From positions 19,732 to 83,731 of the forward strand of contig JABZLB010000007.1 in the NCBI GenBank assembly GCA_015256945.1: DNA of 64,000 bases. The letters are read 5' to 3'. The translations under genes and the position numbers were made by a program. Positions 7,743 to 18,555 of this stretch are shown piece after piece. The first letter of the stretch is position 1. Every line of letters starts with the position of its first letter. Source of the stretch: Prevotellaceae bacterium (GTDB taxonomy: Bacteria; Bacteroidota; Bacteroidia; Bacteroidales; Bacteroidaceae). The notes under the pieces are model-generated. The model ran no database searches. It was given only the letters and a program-made list of their open reading frames with translations, and was not told the DNA's origin.

Positions 7743-10301
7743 GTGCGAGAAAGTATAAAAGCATATAGTTTGATTATGAAAACATTGAAGCAATATCTGC
7801 CCGACGTGGTGGCAGTAGTGTTGTTTGTCCTCATCTCATTTGTTTATTTTATGCCTGCCGACATTGACGGGCGCATCCTATACCAGCACGATTCGGCTGC
7901 CGGAAGGGGCGCAGGCGAGGAGATGGTGCAGTATCAGAAACAGACAGGAGAGCAGACACGCTGGACCAATTCGCTTTTCAGTGGTATGCCTACCTACCAG
8001 CTGGCACCGTCGTACAACAGTACCAACGTCCTGAAAAAGGCCGAAACGGCCTATCATCTGGGGCTGCCTGAGAACGTCTGGTATGTATTTGCCTACCTCC
8101 TTGGGTTCTATATTCTGCTCCGTGCTTTCAATTTTCGCGACTATATGGCCGCTCTGGGTGCCATCATATGGGCGTTCTCAAGCTACTTCTTTATCATCAT
8201 AGCCGCCGGACACTTGTGGAAAGTGATGGCTCTGGCATATCTGCCGCCAATGATCGGGGGGCTTGTGCTGACCTATCGTGGCAAATACCTGTGGGGATTT
8301 CTGGTTACAGCCATCTTTGCTGCTTTCGAAATAAATGCCAATCATGTGCAGATGACCTACTACTATCTGTTCATGATCCTGTTCATGATTATCGCATGGC
8401 TCATCGATGCACTGCGCAAACACGAGATGATGCGCTTCTGTAAGGCTACACTTACCGCTGTGGCTGCCGCACTTGTAGGTATTTGTATCAACATCAGTAA
8501 CCTGTATCATACCTACCAATACTCGCAGGAGAGCATGCGTGGCAAGAGTGAACTGGTAAAGAAAAACAGTGCAAACCAGACGGGAAGCGGGCTCGATCGC
8601 GACTATATTACGCAATGGAGCTACGGCATTGACGAAACCATGACGCTGCTTATACCCAATGCAAAGGGAGGTGCAAGCGTGCCATTGAGCCAGAGCCAGA
8701 CCGCAATGGCGAAGGCTGACCCACAAATTGAGCAGCAGATACCGCAATTATACAACGGACTTACACAATATTTCGGTACGCAACCAGGCACATCAGGTCC
8801 GGTTTATGCAGGGGCTTTTGTACTGTTTCTTTTTGTATTGGCCCTGTTTTTAGTAAAGGGACCCATGAAGTGGGCATTGCTGGGGGCTACCATTCTCTCT
8901 GTATTGCTGTCGTGGGGACATAATTTTATGGGCTTCACGAACCTGTTTTTGGATTACGTCCCCATGTATGCGAAGTTCCGTACAGTGGCTTCCATCCTCG
9001 TCATTGCCGAGTTTACCATTCCGCTGCTGGCCATGATGATGCTGAAAAAAATAAATGATGAGCCGGAGATTCTTACCGAAAAACGCAACCGCAAGTTTGT
9101 AATCGCCAGTCTTTTGCTTACAGCCGGCGTTGCCATGATGGTGGCAGTTGCCCCGGGTTTAATGGGTCCTTTCGTTACTGAACAGGAGCATCAGGTGCTT
9201 TCCGGCATACAAGGTATGCCCCCTGAGCTGCTGTCGGCCATTATAAATAACCTGACAGCCATGCGTGAAGCAATGGTATCGGCCGACGCATGGCGTTCAA
9301 CAGGCATTATCGTTGCAGGCTTTTTGATTCTGCTTTTGTACAGCAAGAGACGGCTAAGCAGCCGGTTTATGGTGGGTGCTATTGCCGTATTGTGCCTCGC
9401 CGACATGTGGCAAGTGAACAAACGCTATCTGTATGACGACATGTTTGTGGAGAAAAGCGTACGCGAGGTGCCTCAAAAAATGACAGCTACCGACCAGATT
9501 ATATTGCGCGACAAGTCGTTAGACTATCGCGTGCTGAACCTTGCATCGAACACATTTAACGAAAACGAGACATCGTTCTACCACAAAAGCATAGGCGGTT
9601 ATCACCCTGCGAAGCTGCGTCGGTATCAGGAAATGATCGATGCTTACATTGAACCGGAAATGCAACACACCATGACGGCAATAGGACAAGCCGGTGGAGA
9701 CATGACGAAAGTGAATGGCGACTCGATATTTCCTGTATTAAATATGTTGAACACTAAGTACTTTATCGTAGGCCTTCAAAGCGGACAGACGGTGCCTGTA
9801 CAGAACCCTTATGCAAACGGTAACGCGTGGTTTGTCGACAAAATAAGCTATGTGAACAATGCCAATGAGGAGATTGATGCCGTAGGCAAGCTGAATTTAA
9901 AGCACGAAGCTGTTGCCGACAAGAAGTTTGAAGCCCAGTTAGGTAAGGCCACACCAGAGACAAACACCGACCTGATTACGCTGAAGAGCTATGAACCCAA
10001 CCACTTGGTATACAACGTTACATCGAAAAACGGAGGCATTATCGTATTTTCAGAGATATACTATCCGGGCTGGACGGCTACTGTTGACGGCGTGCAGGCT
10101 GAACTGGGACGTGCTAATTACATTTTGCGTGCACTAAATATAAAACCAGGAAAGCACGAGGTTGTACTCGATTTCCACCCTGCTTCGCTTCGCAAAACAG
10201 AGGGAATTGCCTACGGTTCGTATGGTGTGCTGGTGCTGATATTGGTTATTGGCATACTGACCGAGTGGAAAAGGCGTAAGGAAACTGCTGTTGAGAAGTA
10301 G
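7743..10301 (+). CDS. YfhO-family polytopic membrane protein (putative glycosyltransferase of the YfhO/ArnT-like class)
   Basis: 852 aa with many TM helices at both ends and a large extracytoplasmic middle domain. The probable true start is MKTLKQ at 7776. Confidence 0.6.
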   Translation: MRESIKAYSLIMKTLKQYLPDVVAVVLFVLISFVYFMPADIDGRILYQHDSAAGRGAGEEMVQYQKQTGEQTRWTNSLFSGMPTYQLAPSYNSTNVLKKAETAYHLGLPENVWYVFAYLLGFYILLRAFNFRDYMAALGAIIWAFSSYFFIIIAAGHLWKVMALAYLPPMIGGLVLTYRGKYLWGFLVTAIFAAFEINANHVQMTYYYLFMILFMIIAWLIDALRKHEMMRFCKATLTAVAAALVGICINISNLYHTYQYSQESMRGKSELVKKNSANQTGSGLDRDYITQWSYGIDETMTLLIPNAKGGASVPLSQSQTAMAKADPQIEQQIPQLYNGLTQYFGTQPGTSGPVYAGAFVLFLFVLALFLVKGPMKWALLGATILSVLLSWGHNFMGFTNLFLDYVPMYAKFRTVASILVIAEFTIPLLAMMMLKKINDEPEILTEKRNRKFVIASLLLTAGVAMMVAVAPGLMGPFVTEQEHQVLSGIQGMPPELLSAIINNLTAMREAMVSADAWRSTGIIVAGFLILLLYSKRRLSSRFMVGAIAVLCLADMWQVNKRYLYDDMFVEKSVREVPQKMTATDQIILRDKSLDYRVLNLASNTFNENETSFYHKSIGGYHPAKLRRYQEMIDAYIEPEMQHTMTAIGQAGGDMTKVNGDSIFPVLNMLNTKYFIVGLQSGQTVPVQNPYANGNAWFVDKISYVNNANEEIDAVGKLNLKHEAVADKKFEAQLGKATPETNTDLITLKSYEPNHLVYNVTSKNGGIIVFSEIYYPGWTATVDGVQAELGRANYILRALNIKPGKHEVVLDFHPASLRKTEGIAYGSYGVLVLILVIGILTEWKRRKETAVEK

Positions 10302-10403
10302 GCTATACAATATGGTTATAAGACAACGACGAAACAAACGCTGTCTTACGACATATAAAACAAAAAGGGTTGATATTTAAAACCGTATAAATCAACTCCA
10401 AAA

Positions 10404-10440
10404 ATAAAACGGGACAAGGCCGATAGCTTTGTCCCGTTTT
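10404..10440. terminator. Bidirectional rho-independent terminator between convergent yfhO and trmH
   Basis: AAAACGGGACAA...TTGTCCCGTTTT: a perfect 12-bp stem flanked by an A-run and a T-run. Confidence 0.55.
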
Positions 10441-10501
10441 GTATATAATATGGTTTTGTTACGTATATAATATAAAGTGTAAAAAGGGTTCAAGCAAGAA
10501 G

Positions 10502-11317
10502 TTATAACGCTTCAGACCCGCGCTGGCGGACGGCTTCGAAGAGCAAAATGGCTGCCGACACCGATACATTCAGCGAATCGAGCTGCCCCAGCATGGGTAT
10601 ACGTATGTGCGCATCGGCCGCTATGCGCCAGGCTTTTGAAAGTCCTGTGGCTTCGGTTCCCATGACAATGGCAGTGCCTTTGCACATATCGGTATCGTAA
10701 TACAGATGCGAATCCTGAAGCTGTGCTGTGAGAATACGGATGCCCCGCGCTTTTAAGAACTCGATACATTCGGCTGAAGAGCATGCCACCGTGGGCACAG
10801 TGAAGATGGCTCCAATGCTACTGCGGATAAGATTGGGATTGAAAAGGTCGGTCAAAGGGTCGCAAACTATGACAGCATCAGCTTGTGCAGCATCAGCACT
10901 ACGAAGTACAGCTCCCAGATTACCCGGCTTTTCTACACGCTCAAGAACACAAATAAGCGGATTATCAGGCAGTTTTAAATCGTTAAGCGTGGTATGGTGA
11001 ACGGTTATTTCGGCTATCACGCCCTCGGTTGTACCACGGTAAGCCATGCGCGAATAAATGTCTTTTGACACCCTGAAGCTCCTTTTTTCGTCGATGAAAG
11101 CCTGTAACTTGCGGGCCTCTTCGTTGTCGGGCATCAGTTCGGAGCAGTAAAACAATGTGTCAATTTGATACCCTGCCTGAACGCAATGGAGCAATTCGCG
11201 CACGCCTTCTACAACAAACAAGCCGCATTTTCGACGCTCGGACGATTTCTGCTGGAGTAAAAGCAAATGCTTTATCTTCGTATTCTGAACACTTGTTATA
11301 CTGTTTTCTGCTGTCAT
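10502..11317 (-). CDS. TrmH/SpoU-family RNA 2'-O-methyltransferase (RlmB-like)
   Basis: SpoU methylase motifs are present (GNLGAVLRSADAAQAD, IPMLGQLDSLNVSVSAAILLFE). The true start is likely MTAENS at 11317; the longer ORF running to 11410 is a hydrophobic N-extension. Confidence 0.75.
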   Translation of the reverse strand: MTAENSITSVQNTKIKHLLLLQQKSSERRKCGLFVVEGVRELLHCVQAGYQIDTLFYCSELMPDNEEARKLQAFIDEKRSFRVSKDIYSRMAYRGTTEGVIAEITVHHTTLNDLKLPDNPLICVLERVEKPGNLGAVLRSADAAQADAVIVCDPLTDLFNPNLIRSSIGAIFTVPTVACSSAECIEFLKARGIRILTAQLQDSHLYYDTDMCKGTAIVMGTEATGLSKAWRIAADAHIRIPMLGQLDSLNVSVSAAILLFEAVRQRGSEAL

Positions 11318-11467
11318 GATATTGTATTTTATGGGCTTCTTCACCGTTAAGAGATGAAAGAAACGGAACAAAATTACAACAATATAGCTGTGCAGCCAAA
11401 GTATATACACGGAAAATGATTAATTTTGCACCAACAACAGCTCTGCTAATATACCAATATTGCAAAA

Positions 11468-11592
11468 CTTTAATTCTTAAATTCCAAGACCATCGCTTCA
11501 ATCTTTTAATTCTTTAATTCTTAAATTTTATAATCCTTTAATTCTAAGCACGGCCTTTTAATTTTTTAATTCTTTAATCTTTTAATTTTAAC
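11468..11592. repeat. AT-rich TTTAATTCT(T/A)AA repeat cluster immediately upstream of the GSCFA gene
   Basis: Multiple tandem or near-tandem copies of CTTTAATTCTTAAATT / TTTTAATTTTTTAATTCTTTAAT. The same family occurs at 41320-41490. Confidence 0.6.
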
Positions 11593-11596
11593 TCCC

Positions 11597-12439
11597 ATGC
11601 AATTCAGAACAATTGTTGACATCGCTCCATCGGAATGGAAGATAAAACCCTGTGAAAGGATGCTGTTTGTAGGCTCGTGTTTTGCCGACAAAATAGGCCA
11701 GCGGTTTGCCGACGACAAGTTTAGGGCGTTGGTAAATCCCTATGGTGTGATGTACAATCCGGCGAGCGTTTGGCATACTATTGAGCGTTTGGCAAGTGAA
11801 AAAGCCTTTCCTTTCAGGGCCGATGAGGCAGGAACAGCAGTATTTACGCTCGGAACGAACCATGTTTACATACTGAAAGAAACTAGAGAAATTGTTGACA
11901 ACTGCCAGAAAAAGCCACAGAAGCTGTTTGAAGAACGTGAGCTTTCAATTGCCGAATGTGCCGATTACCTGCAACATTGTATCGACGCGATACAATCGCG
12001 CTTTCCTAAAGTGAACGTCGTTCTCACGGTAAGCCCCATCCGTTATCGCAAATACGGTTATCATGGCAGTCAGCTTTCAAAGGCGACACTGCTGTTGGCT
12101 GTGGAAGAAACCATCAAAAAGGCCGACAAATCGAGACAAGGAAAGGTTGCCTATTTCCCCTCATACGAAATTGTTAACGATGAATTGCGCGACTATCGCT
12201 TCTATCAGGACGACATGTTACATCCGTCATCGCAGGCCGTTGACTACATTTTCGAACGGTTTTCTGATACGTATTTTCCAAAAGAAATTGTCGATTTTCT
12301 GAAAGCCTGGAAGCCAATACGCGAAGCGTTTCTGCACCGCCCGTCGGACCCCGAAAGCGAAGAATACAAGGCTTTCTTGGCTCGAACAAACGAAAAGGCA
12401 AAAGAACTTCAACTAAAATATCCTCAATTGGAATTATAA
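11597..12439 (+). CDS. GSCFA-domain family protein
   Basis: The eponymous VGSCFA motif is near the N-terminus; 280 aa. Confidence 0.7.
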   Translation: MQFRTIVDIAPSEWKIKPCERMLFVGSCFADKIGQRFADDKFRALVNPYGVMYNPASVWHTIERLASEKAFPFRADEAGTAVFTLGTNHVYILKETREIVDNCQKKPQKLFEERELSIAECADYLQHCIDAIQSRFPKVNVVLTVSPIRYRKYGYHGSQLSKATLLLAVEETIKKADKSRQGKVAYFPSYEIVNDELRDYRFYQDDMLHPSSQAVDYIFERFSDTYFPKEIVDFLKAWKPIREAFLHRPSDPESEEYKAFLARTNEKAKELQLKYPQLEL

Positions 12440-12474
12440 TTCTGTTAATCTATAAATAAGATTACTTCATTGAT

Positions 12475-12670
12475 GAATTGCAATTTCTGTGTCAAGGTAT
12501 TGTAATTGTCATGTTTTGATATTGTAGTTATACCGTTCAGGCATCATAATTGCATTATATTGACATTGTAATTGTTATATTCAGATATTGTAATTGCACT
12601 GTTCACACATTGTAATTGCACTGTTCACACATTATAATTGCCTTGTTAAGGCATTGTAATTAAGATATAG
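12475..12670. repeat. Tandem array of ~9 degenerate 22-bp repeats (consensus ATTGTAATTGCACTGTTCACAC)
   Basis: Period-22 repeats sit head to tail with no spacers. Two perfect adjacent copies lie at 12589-12632. The array is between the GSCFA gene and typA. Confidence 0.75.
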
Positions 12671-12674
12671 AAAA

Positions 12675-12722
12675 CAATTAATCCCAACCATGGTCTGTGT
12701 ACCTTGTGGTTGGGATTAATTG
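12675..12722. terminator. Long perfect hairpin, likely bidirectional terminator downstream of typA
   Basis: CAATTAATCCCAACCA ... TGGTTGGGATTAATTG: 16-bp perfect inverted repeat with a 16-nt loop, 23 bp past the typA stop. Confidence 0.5.
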
Positions 12723-12744
12723 TAAAATAACAATAAATATTGTG

Positions 12745-14547
12745 CTATTCTTTATTAGAACGCTTGCGTTCTGTATGATCAAGGATAATCTTTCGGATGC
12801 GAAGGTTCTTGGGTGTAACCTCAACCAGCTCGTCTTCCTTAATATATTCGAGCATCTCTTCGAGGCTCATGATAGTCTTTGGTATAATACGGGCCTTGTC
12901 ATCTGAACCTGAAGCACGCACGTTGGTGAGTTGTTTTGCCTTGCATACGTTCACAACGAGGTCGAGTTCGTGTATGTGTTCGCCCACAACCTGACCGGCA
13001 TAGACGTCTTCTCCCGGGTCAATGAAGAAGCGACCACGGTCTTGCAGCTTGTCAATGGCATAAGCAAAAGCATTACCTGTGTCCATAGAAACCATGGAAC
13101 CATTTGAGCGACGGCTTATCTCTCCTTTGTAAGGCTGGTACTCTTTATAGCGGTGAGCCATGATGGCTTCGCCCTGAGAGGCAGTCAATACATTCGTACG
13201 GAGACCGATAATACCGCGTGAAGGAATATCAAATGTGATGTTAACACGATCACCTTCAGTCTCCATGCCAGTCATTTCACCCTTACGACGCGTTACCATA
13301 TCAACCATTTTGCTCGAATAATCGGTTGGAACGTTGATATCAAGCTCCTCAATAGGCTCACACTTCTGACCGTCAATTTCTTTGTAAATAACTTGTGGCT
13401 GCCCGACCTGAAGCTCATATCCTTCACGACGCATGGTTTCAATGAGTACAGAAAGGTGCAGAACGCCACGGCCTTTTACTATCCATCGGTCGGTATATCC
13501 TTCGACAGGTTCTACCCGCAAGGCAATATTCTTCTCAAGTTCCTTTTGTAAACGGTCACCGATTTGGCGGGAAGTACAGAACTTTCCTTCCTTTCCGAAG
13601 AACGGACTATCGTTTACCATAAAGAGCATACTCATGGTAGGTTCGTCAACTGCTATCGTAGGTAGTGCTTCAGGCTCCTCAAAATCGGAGATGGTATCGC
13701 CGATTTCGAAGCGTTCCAGGCCTACAACTGCGCAAATATCACCGCTACTTACTTCATCAATACGGCGATGGGTAATGCCCTCAAAAGTGTGAAGCTCTTT
13801 AATTTGTTCCTTTTCCATCGTTCCATCACGATGGCAAATGGTAACCTTCATACCGTCTTTCAACGTACCTCTGTGTACTCTTCCTACCGCAATACGGCCG
13901 GTATAGTTACTGTAATCAAGCGATGTGATAAGCATTTGAGGCTTACCATCTATGTGCTTTGGCGCCGGTATGGCCTCAAGAATCTGGTCTAAAAGGAAAT
14001 CGATATTATCGGTAGGCTTGCTGAAATCAGGTCCCATCCATCCATTTTTAGCCGAGCCATATACAACGGGAAAGTCGAGTTGGTCTTCCGTTGCGCCCAA
14101 ATCGCACATCAAATCAAACACCATTTCATATACCTGTTCAGGGCGACAGTTGGGCTTATCCACCTTATTAACGACAACAATAGGCTTTAATCCTATCTTC
14201 AATGCTTTTTGAAGCACGAAACGTGTTTGTGGCATCGGGCCTTCAAAAGCGTCAACAAGCAGCAGACAACCGTCGGCCATGTTGAGCACTCGTTCCACTT
14301 CGCCACCGAAATCAGAGTGTCCTGGGGTATCAAGTATATTGATTTTTACACCTTTCCATGTAATGGAAACGTTCTTAGATAATATAGTTATCCCGCGCTC
14401 ACGCTCTAAATCGTTGGAGTCTAACACCTCTCCGCTGTTGTCTTGGCCGTCTCGAAACAGTTTTCCTGCGAGCATCATCTTGTCAACCAACGTTGTTTTT
14501 CCGTGGTCAACGTGTGCAATTACTGCGATATTACGAATGTCCTGCAT
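12745..14547 (-). CDS. typA: Translational GTPase TypA/BipA
   Basis: 600 aa. It begins [25 protein letters not shown], with G-domain motifs and the TypA C-terminal domain. Confidence 0.9.
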   Translation of the reverse strand: MQDIRNIAVIAHVDHGKTTLVDKMMLAGKLFRDGQDNSGEVLDSNDLERERGITILSKNVSITWKGVKINILDTPGHSDFGGEVERVLNMADGCLLLVDAFEGPMPQTRFVLQKALKIGLKPIVVVNKVDKPNCRPEQVYEMVFDLMCDLGATEDQLDFPVVYGSAKNGWMGPDFSKPTDNIDFLLDQILEAIPAPKHIDGKPQMLITSLDYSNYTGRIAVGRVHRGTLKDGMKVTICHRDGTMEKEQIKELHTFEGITHRRIDEVSSGDICAVVGLERFEIGDTISDFEEPEALPTIAVDEPTMSMLFMVNDSPFFGKEGKFCTSRQIGDRLQKELEKNIALRVEPVEGYTDRWIVKGRGVLHLSVLIETMRREGYELQVGQPQVIYKEIDGQKCEPIEELDINVPTDYSSKMVDMVTRRKGEMTGMETEGDRVNITFDIPSRGIIGLRTNVLTASQGEAIMAHRYKEYQPYKGEISRRSNGSMVSMDTGNAFAYAIDKLQDRGRFFIDPGEDVYAGQVVGEHIHELDLVVNVCKAKQLTNVRASGSDDKARIIPKTIMSLEEMLEYIKEDELVEVTPKNLRIRKIILDHTERKRSNKE

Positions 14548-14755
14548 TACTTTACCTTAAATATCTATGCTAACTAATTTGGCTGCAAAATTACAAAAAA
14601 TATCGTGAACATGCGGGCTATATATAATCTTTTTAGTAACTTTGCAGAGCATTTCCGGAGAATCTGGGGCATTTGATGCCGTAAATAGTTGTGATTAAGG
14701 CTATAAGCGACAGAGGAATGTTATTGATGCAACACTTATTAATCAACAAAACAAC

Positions 14756-15025
14756 ATGTATTTAAACAAGGAAAAGAAGGCTGAAATCTTCACCAAGTTT
14801 GGTAAATCAACCACTGATACCGGTTCTGCCGAGAGTCAGATTGCACTGTTTACCTATCGCATTGCGCACTTAACCGAGCACGTTAAGGCCAATCACAAGG
14901 ACTTTGTAACCACTCGTTCTCTTACCCAATTGGTAGGAAAGCGTCGTGCTTTGCTCAATTACCTTTACGATCGTGACATTGAACGTTACCGTAGTATCAT
15001 TAAAGCACTCGGTCTGCGTAAGTAA
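14756..15025 (+). CDS. rpsO: 30S ribosomal protein S15
   Basis: 89 aa with the canonical S15 sequence (GSAESQIALFT..HL..H.K.NHKDFVTTRSL). Confidence 0.9.
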   Translation: MYLNKEKKAEIFTKFGKSTTDTGSAESQIALFTYRIAHLTEHVKANHKDFVTTRSLTQLVGKRRALLNYLYDRDIERYRSIIKALGLRK

Positions 15026-15048
15026 ATCACAGCCTGACAAAAGTATAA

Positions 15049-15078
15049 AAGAAGCCTCGCAACATTGCGAGGCTTCTT
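15049..15078 (+). terminator. rpsO rho-independent terminator
   Basis: AAGAAGCCTCGCAACATTGCGAGGCTTCTT: perfect hairpin followed by a T-containing tail. Confidence 0.6.
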
Positions 15079-15099
15079 CATTTATAGCAATTTTCGAAG

Positions 15100-15200
15100 A
15101 TCACCATTCTGATTTTTGCTTATCCTTATTCTGATTTCTGCCTGCCTTTATTCTAATTTTTACCCAACCTTATTCTGCTCCTTACTTAACCTTATTGAAT
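15100..15200. repeat. About 5 degenerate ~20-bp tandem repeats containing CCTTATTCTGA
   Basis: Repeated units: gcttatCCTTATTCTGAttt / ctgcctgCCTTTATTCTAAttt / ttacccaaCCTTATTCTGC / tccttacttaaCCTTATTGAAT. Confidence 0.55.
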
Positions 15201-15219
15201 AATTTGCATGTCTCCGTTA

Positions 15220-15699
15220 TTATTTCGTGAATACCTTATTTAATATAATGCGCAAATCTTCATCGTTTTTTGCAATTTCCTGCAACGGATTTATGACGAA
15301 TTCACGTTCTTTCATGTGTGGATGTGGGATTTTAAGATCAGGCTCATCAATTGTAAGGTCATCGTAAAGCAATATATCAATATCAATGATTCGGTCGTGA
15401 TATACGCCACCTTTCGATTTATTCACACGTCCCATATCACATTCTATCTTCTGCGTTACAGCCAAAACCTGACGCGGATTTAATTTTGTTTCGCAACAAA
15501 CACACGCATTTATAAACTTGTTAGGCGAATAAAAACCCCAGGGAACTGTCTCTATCATCGACGATTCACATCTTATCTTCCCTACCCTCTCCTCCAATAA
15601 GTCAAGAGCTTCGCGAATAAGACGCTTACGGTTTCCGATGTTCGAGCCTAAGCTAAAGAACACCAAATGGCATGCTTCCAGATTATTTTCAACCATCAA
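15220..15699 (-). CDS. folK: 2-amino-4-hydroxy-6-hydroxymethyldihydropteridine pyrophosphokinase (HPPK)
   Basis: 159 aa with HPPK motifs (SLGSN.G, PWGF, DIDILLY). Confidence 0.8.
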   Translation of the reverse strand: MMVENNLEACHLVFFSLGSNIGNRKRLIREALDLLEERVGKIRCESSMIETVPWGFYSPNKFINACVCCETKLNPRQVLAVTQKIECDMGRVNKSKGGVYHDRIIDIDILLYDDLTIDEPDLKIPHPHMKEREFVINPLQEIAKNDEDLRIILNKVFTK

Positions 15700-15716
15700 T
15701 ATGGCTTTAAGCTGAA

Positions 15717-16910
15717 CTAATCAACTATAAGTAGTGAGTCGCCAAAGCAACCAAACTTATACCCGTGCTTCACAGCGAGGTCATAACACTCCATTACAGC
15801 TTCATAGCCACCGAAGGCAGCGGTCGACATTAACAGCGTAGACTCTGGATGATAGAAGTTTGCAACCATCGAATCGGCGAGGCCAAAGTTATACGGTGGA
15901 AAAATAAACTTACTTGTCCACCCGTTATATTCTTTCAGCATACCATCGGTACCCACAGCCGTTTCGGTTGCTTTCGCCACGCTTGTACCTACTGCACACA
16001 CATGGTGCCCGGCCTTTTTTGCCCGGTTTACAATCTCACAGGCCTCCTTTTCTATCAGCATTTGCTCCGAATCCATTTTGTGTTTGGTAAGATCTTCCAC
16101 CTCAATGGGTGAGAAATTACTTAGTCCACAGTGCAGGGTTACGAAAGCCGAGTTAATACCTTTAATCTCCATGCGCTTCATTAACTCACGCGAAAAGTGA
16201 AGTCCTGTGGCAGGAGCTGTTACCGCTCCTTCTTTACGGGCAAAGATACACTGGAAGTTTTCCATGTCCTCGGCGGTGGCATGCGAATGCACGTGCATGC
16301 CATGCATCTCCGGATTTTCAGGGCGTCCGTTCAGGATATAAGCAGGAAGCGGAGCCTCGCCCAGCGCAAACAGGTCGCGTTTAAACTGTTCATGGTCGCA
16401 ATCGTAAAGGAAACGTAGTGAGCGTCCGCGGCTTGTGGTATTGTCATAAACCTCTGCAACCATTGTCCCTACCTCGTCAAAGAAGAGCTTGTTGCCAATA
16501 CGAATCTTACGTGCAGGCTCTACAAGCACATCCCAGAGATGCGTTTCTTCGTTCAGTTCGCGCAGAATAAACACCTCTATCTTGGCATCGGTCTTCTCCT
16601 TTGTACCGTAAAGCCGGGCAGGAAACACTTTTGTATCGTTAAAAATAAAGGTATCGCCTTCGTCAAAATAGTCGATAATGTTACGGAAATCAAGATACTC
16701 TCCTTCAACGGGATTGCCCTTTTCATCCTTACGAAACATCTCTATCTCGCCTGTTGTACGATGTAAAACCATCAGTCGCGACTCGTCACGACGTGTCACT
16801 CTGAACGTTTCCTTCGTTCCATCATCGTTTATAAACTCGCGCTCAAAGCTGTGAGGATACAGCGCCACCAGCTCCTGGGGCAGTTTAAACTTAAATTGCG
16901 ATAACTTCAT
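15717..16910 (-). CDS. queA: S-adenosylmethionine:tRNA ribosyltransferase-isomerase
   Basis: 397 aa. It begins MKLSQFKFKLPQELVALYP, the conserved QueA N-terminus. Confidence 0.85.
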   Translation of the reverse strand: MKLSQFKFKLPQELVALYPHSFEREFINDDGTKETFRVTRRDESRLMVLHRTTGEIEMFRKDEKGNPVEGEYLDFRNIIDYFDEGDTFIFNDTKVFPARLYGTKEKTDAKIEVFILRELNEETHLWDVLVEPARKIRIGNKLFFDEVGTMVAEVYDNTTSRGRSLRFLYDCDHEQFKRDLFALGEAPLPAYILNGRPENPEMHGMHVHSHATAEDMENFQCIFARKEGAVTAPATGLHFSRELMKRMEIKGINSAFVTLHCGLSNFSPIEVEDLTKHKMDSEQMLIEKEACEIVNRAKKAGHHVCAVGTSVAKATETAVGTDGMLKEYNGWTSKFIFPPYNFGLADSMVANFYHPESTLLMSTAAFGGYEAVMECYDLAVKHGYKFGCFGDSLLIVD

Positions 16911-16924
16911 ATTTTCTTTTCCTT

Positions 16925-17674
16925 TCAGTTTTTCAAATGATTTTCTTTTGTCGCCTCAGGCATATCTCCCGGAGATGATGGCGTTACGTTTGCATCAAGC
17001 CACTCCTGAAAGTGGTCGTAATCAATACAATCGGCTATCGAATAGCTTCCTGTTCGCGTGCGTCGTAAGGCTGTAAGATAGGCGCCACTGTTCAAAGCAC
17101 GTCCAATATCGCGTGCAAGGGCACGAATATATGTACCTTTTCCACATATCACGCGAATGGAAAGCTGCATTTTTTCTGCATCAAAGGCTGTCAGTTCTAT
17201 CTCATCTATATGGATATTTTTTGCCTTAAGCTGCACACTTTCGCCGTTACGGCGCAAGCGGTATGAGCGTTCACCATCAATTTTACAAGCACTGTATGTA
17301 GGAGGCACCTGTTCAATGTCGCCCACAAACTGTTTCAGAACCGCTTCTATCGTTTCGCGACTGATATGTTCCGTGGGAAAAATGTGGTTCACTTCGTGCT
17401 CCATATCATAGCTGTCGGTGGTGGCACCCAGCTGCAAGGTAGCCTTATATTCCTTTGAATGGCTCTGCAACTGTTCTATTTGTTTGGTACACCGGCCCGT
17501 ACACAGTATAAGAACGCCCGTTGCCAACGGGTCTAATGTGCCTGCATGCCCAACCTTAACCTTCTGTCCCAAGTGGTGAGAGAGCAGATAACGAATATGT
17601 GCAAGCGCACCGAAACTGGACATACGGTAGGGTTTGTCAATCGCAATAATTTCGCCTTGCAGGAAGTTCATCAA
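16925..17674 (-). CDS. truB: tRNA pseudouridine(55) synthase
   Basis: Contains the catalytic-Asp motif GHAGTLDPLATGVL; 249 aa. Confidence 0.85.
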   Translation of the reverse strand: MMNFLQGEIIAIDKPYRMSSFGALAHIRYLLSHHLGQKVKVGHAGTLDPLATGVLILCTGRCTKQIEQLQSHSKEYKATLQLGATTDSYDMEHEVNHIFPTEHISRETIEAVLKQFVGDIEQVPPTYSACKIDGERSYRLRRNGESVQLKAKNIHIDEIELTAFDAEKMQLSIRVICGKGTYIRALARDIGRALNSGAYLTALRRTRTGSYSIADCIDYDHFQEWLDANVTPSSPGDMPEATKENHLKN

Positions 17675-18543
17675 TCAAACATTACAAGTGAATGGCCCGT
17701 TAACAGCAATATAAGGATAACAATACCTACAATTATACGATACCATCCGAACAGTTTAAAACCGTATTTAGTGAGAAAACCAACAAACCATTTCATGGCA
17801 AGCAGCGCCACAACAAAGGCTACAACACTGCCTGTAAGCAATAATATCAGGTTGTCGGCGGTGGCCCACGACCCTCCTACGGCTTCTTTGCCGATAAAAA
17901 GCTGCAATAAATCAAGCCCCGTTGCAGCGGCCATTGTCGGCACTGCCAGGAAAAACGAGAACTCAGCGGCCCGTTTACGCGTAAGCTTTTGCGACATACC
18001 ACCTACAATAGTGGCCATAGAACGGCTTACACCAGGTATCATTGACACACTCTGTATAACGCCAATCCAGAACGCGCGTTTTGTAGTCACCTCGTTTTCG
18101 TCGCGTCCTTTATTGAATATTGAATCGCAGAACAGCATAAAAATGCCTCCCAACACCAGCATAACAGGCACTACCCATATAGCTATCTGCGGATTAAGCA
18201 GGCGGTCGACAATTGGTTTCTTAATGAAAAAACCTATTATAGCCGTAGGCACAAAGGCTACAAACAGCAGCCAGTAAAAGCTGAACTTATGCCTGAAACG
18301 CTGCCATGGTGTGCTCCCTGTGGGGGCAGGCGTATGGTTTAAGCTGAAAAAGCGGTTCCAATAAAGCACTACTACCGACAGAATTGCACCAAACTGTATA
18401 ATCACCGTAAATGCTCTTACAAAATCAGAATTTTGTACACCCAGCAGATTTTCGGCAATCAGCATGTGCCCTGTCGACGATACGGGAAGAAACTCAGTAA
18501 GTCCTTCCACTATGGCTATGATGATAGTTTGCAGTAATGTCAT
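17671..18543 (-). CDS. uppP: Undecaprenyl-diphosphatase
   Basis: BacA/UppP motifs are present (EGLTEFLPVSSTGHM, PGVSRSMATI). It overlaps truB by 4 bp. Confidence 0.85.
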   Translation of the reverse strand: MTLLQTIIIAIVEGLTEFLPVSSTGHMLIAENLLGVQNSDFVRAFTVIIQFGAILSVVVLYWNRFFSLNHTPAPTGSTPWQRFRHKFSFYWLLFVAFVPTAIIGFFIKKPIVDRLLNPQIAIWVVPVMLVLGGIFMLFCDSIFNKGRDENEVTTKRAFWIGVIQSVSMIPGVSRSMATIVGGMSQKLTRKRAAEFSFFLAVPTMAAATGLDLLQLFIGKEAVGGSWATADNLILLLTGSVVAFVVALLAMKWFVGFLTKYGFKLFGWYRIIVGIVILILLLTGHSLVMFD

Positions 18544-18555
18544 CGCCGTGCCGTA

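Noticed and set aside
12475-12670. Possible CRISPR array
   Set aside because: The repeats abut one another with no unique spacers. The unit is 22 bp and degenerate, and no cas genes or leader are nearby. It is a simple tandem repeat.
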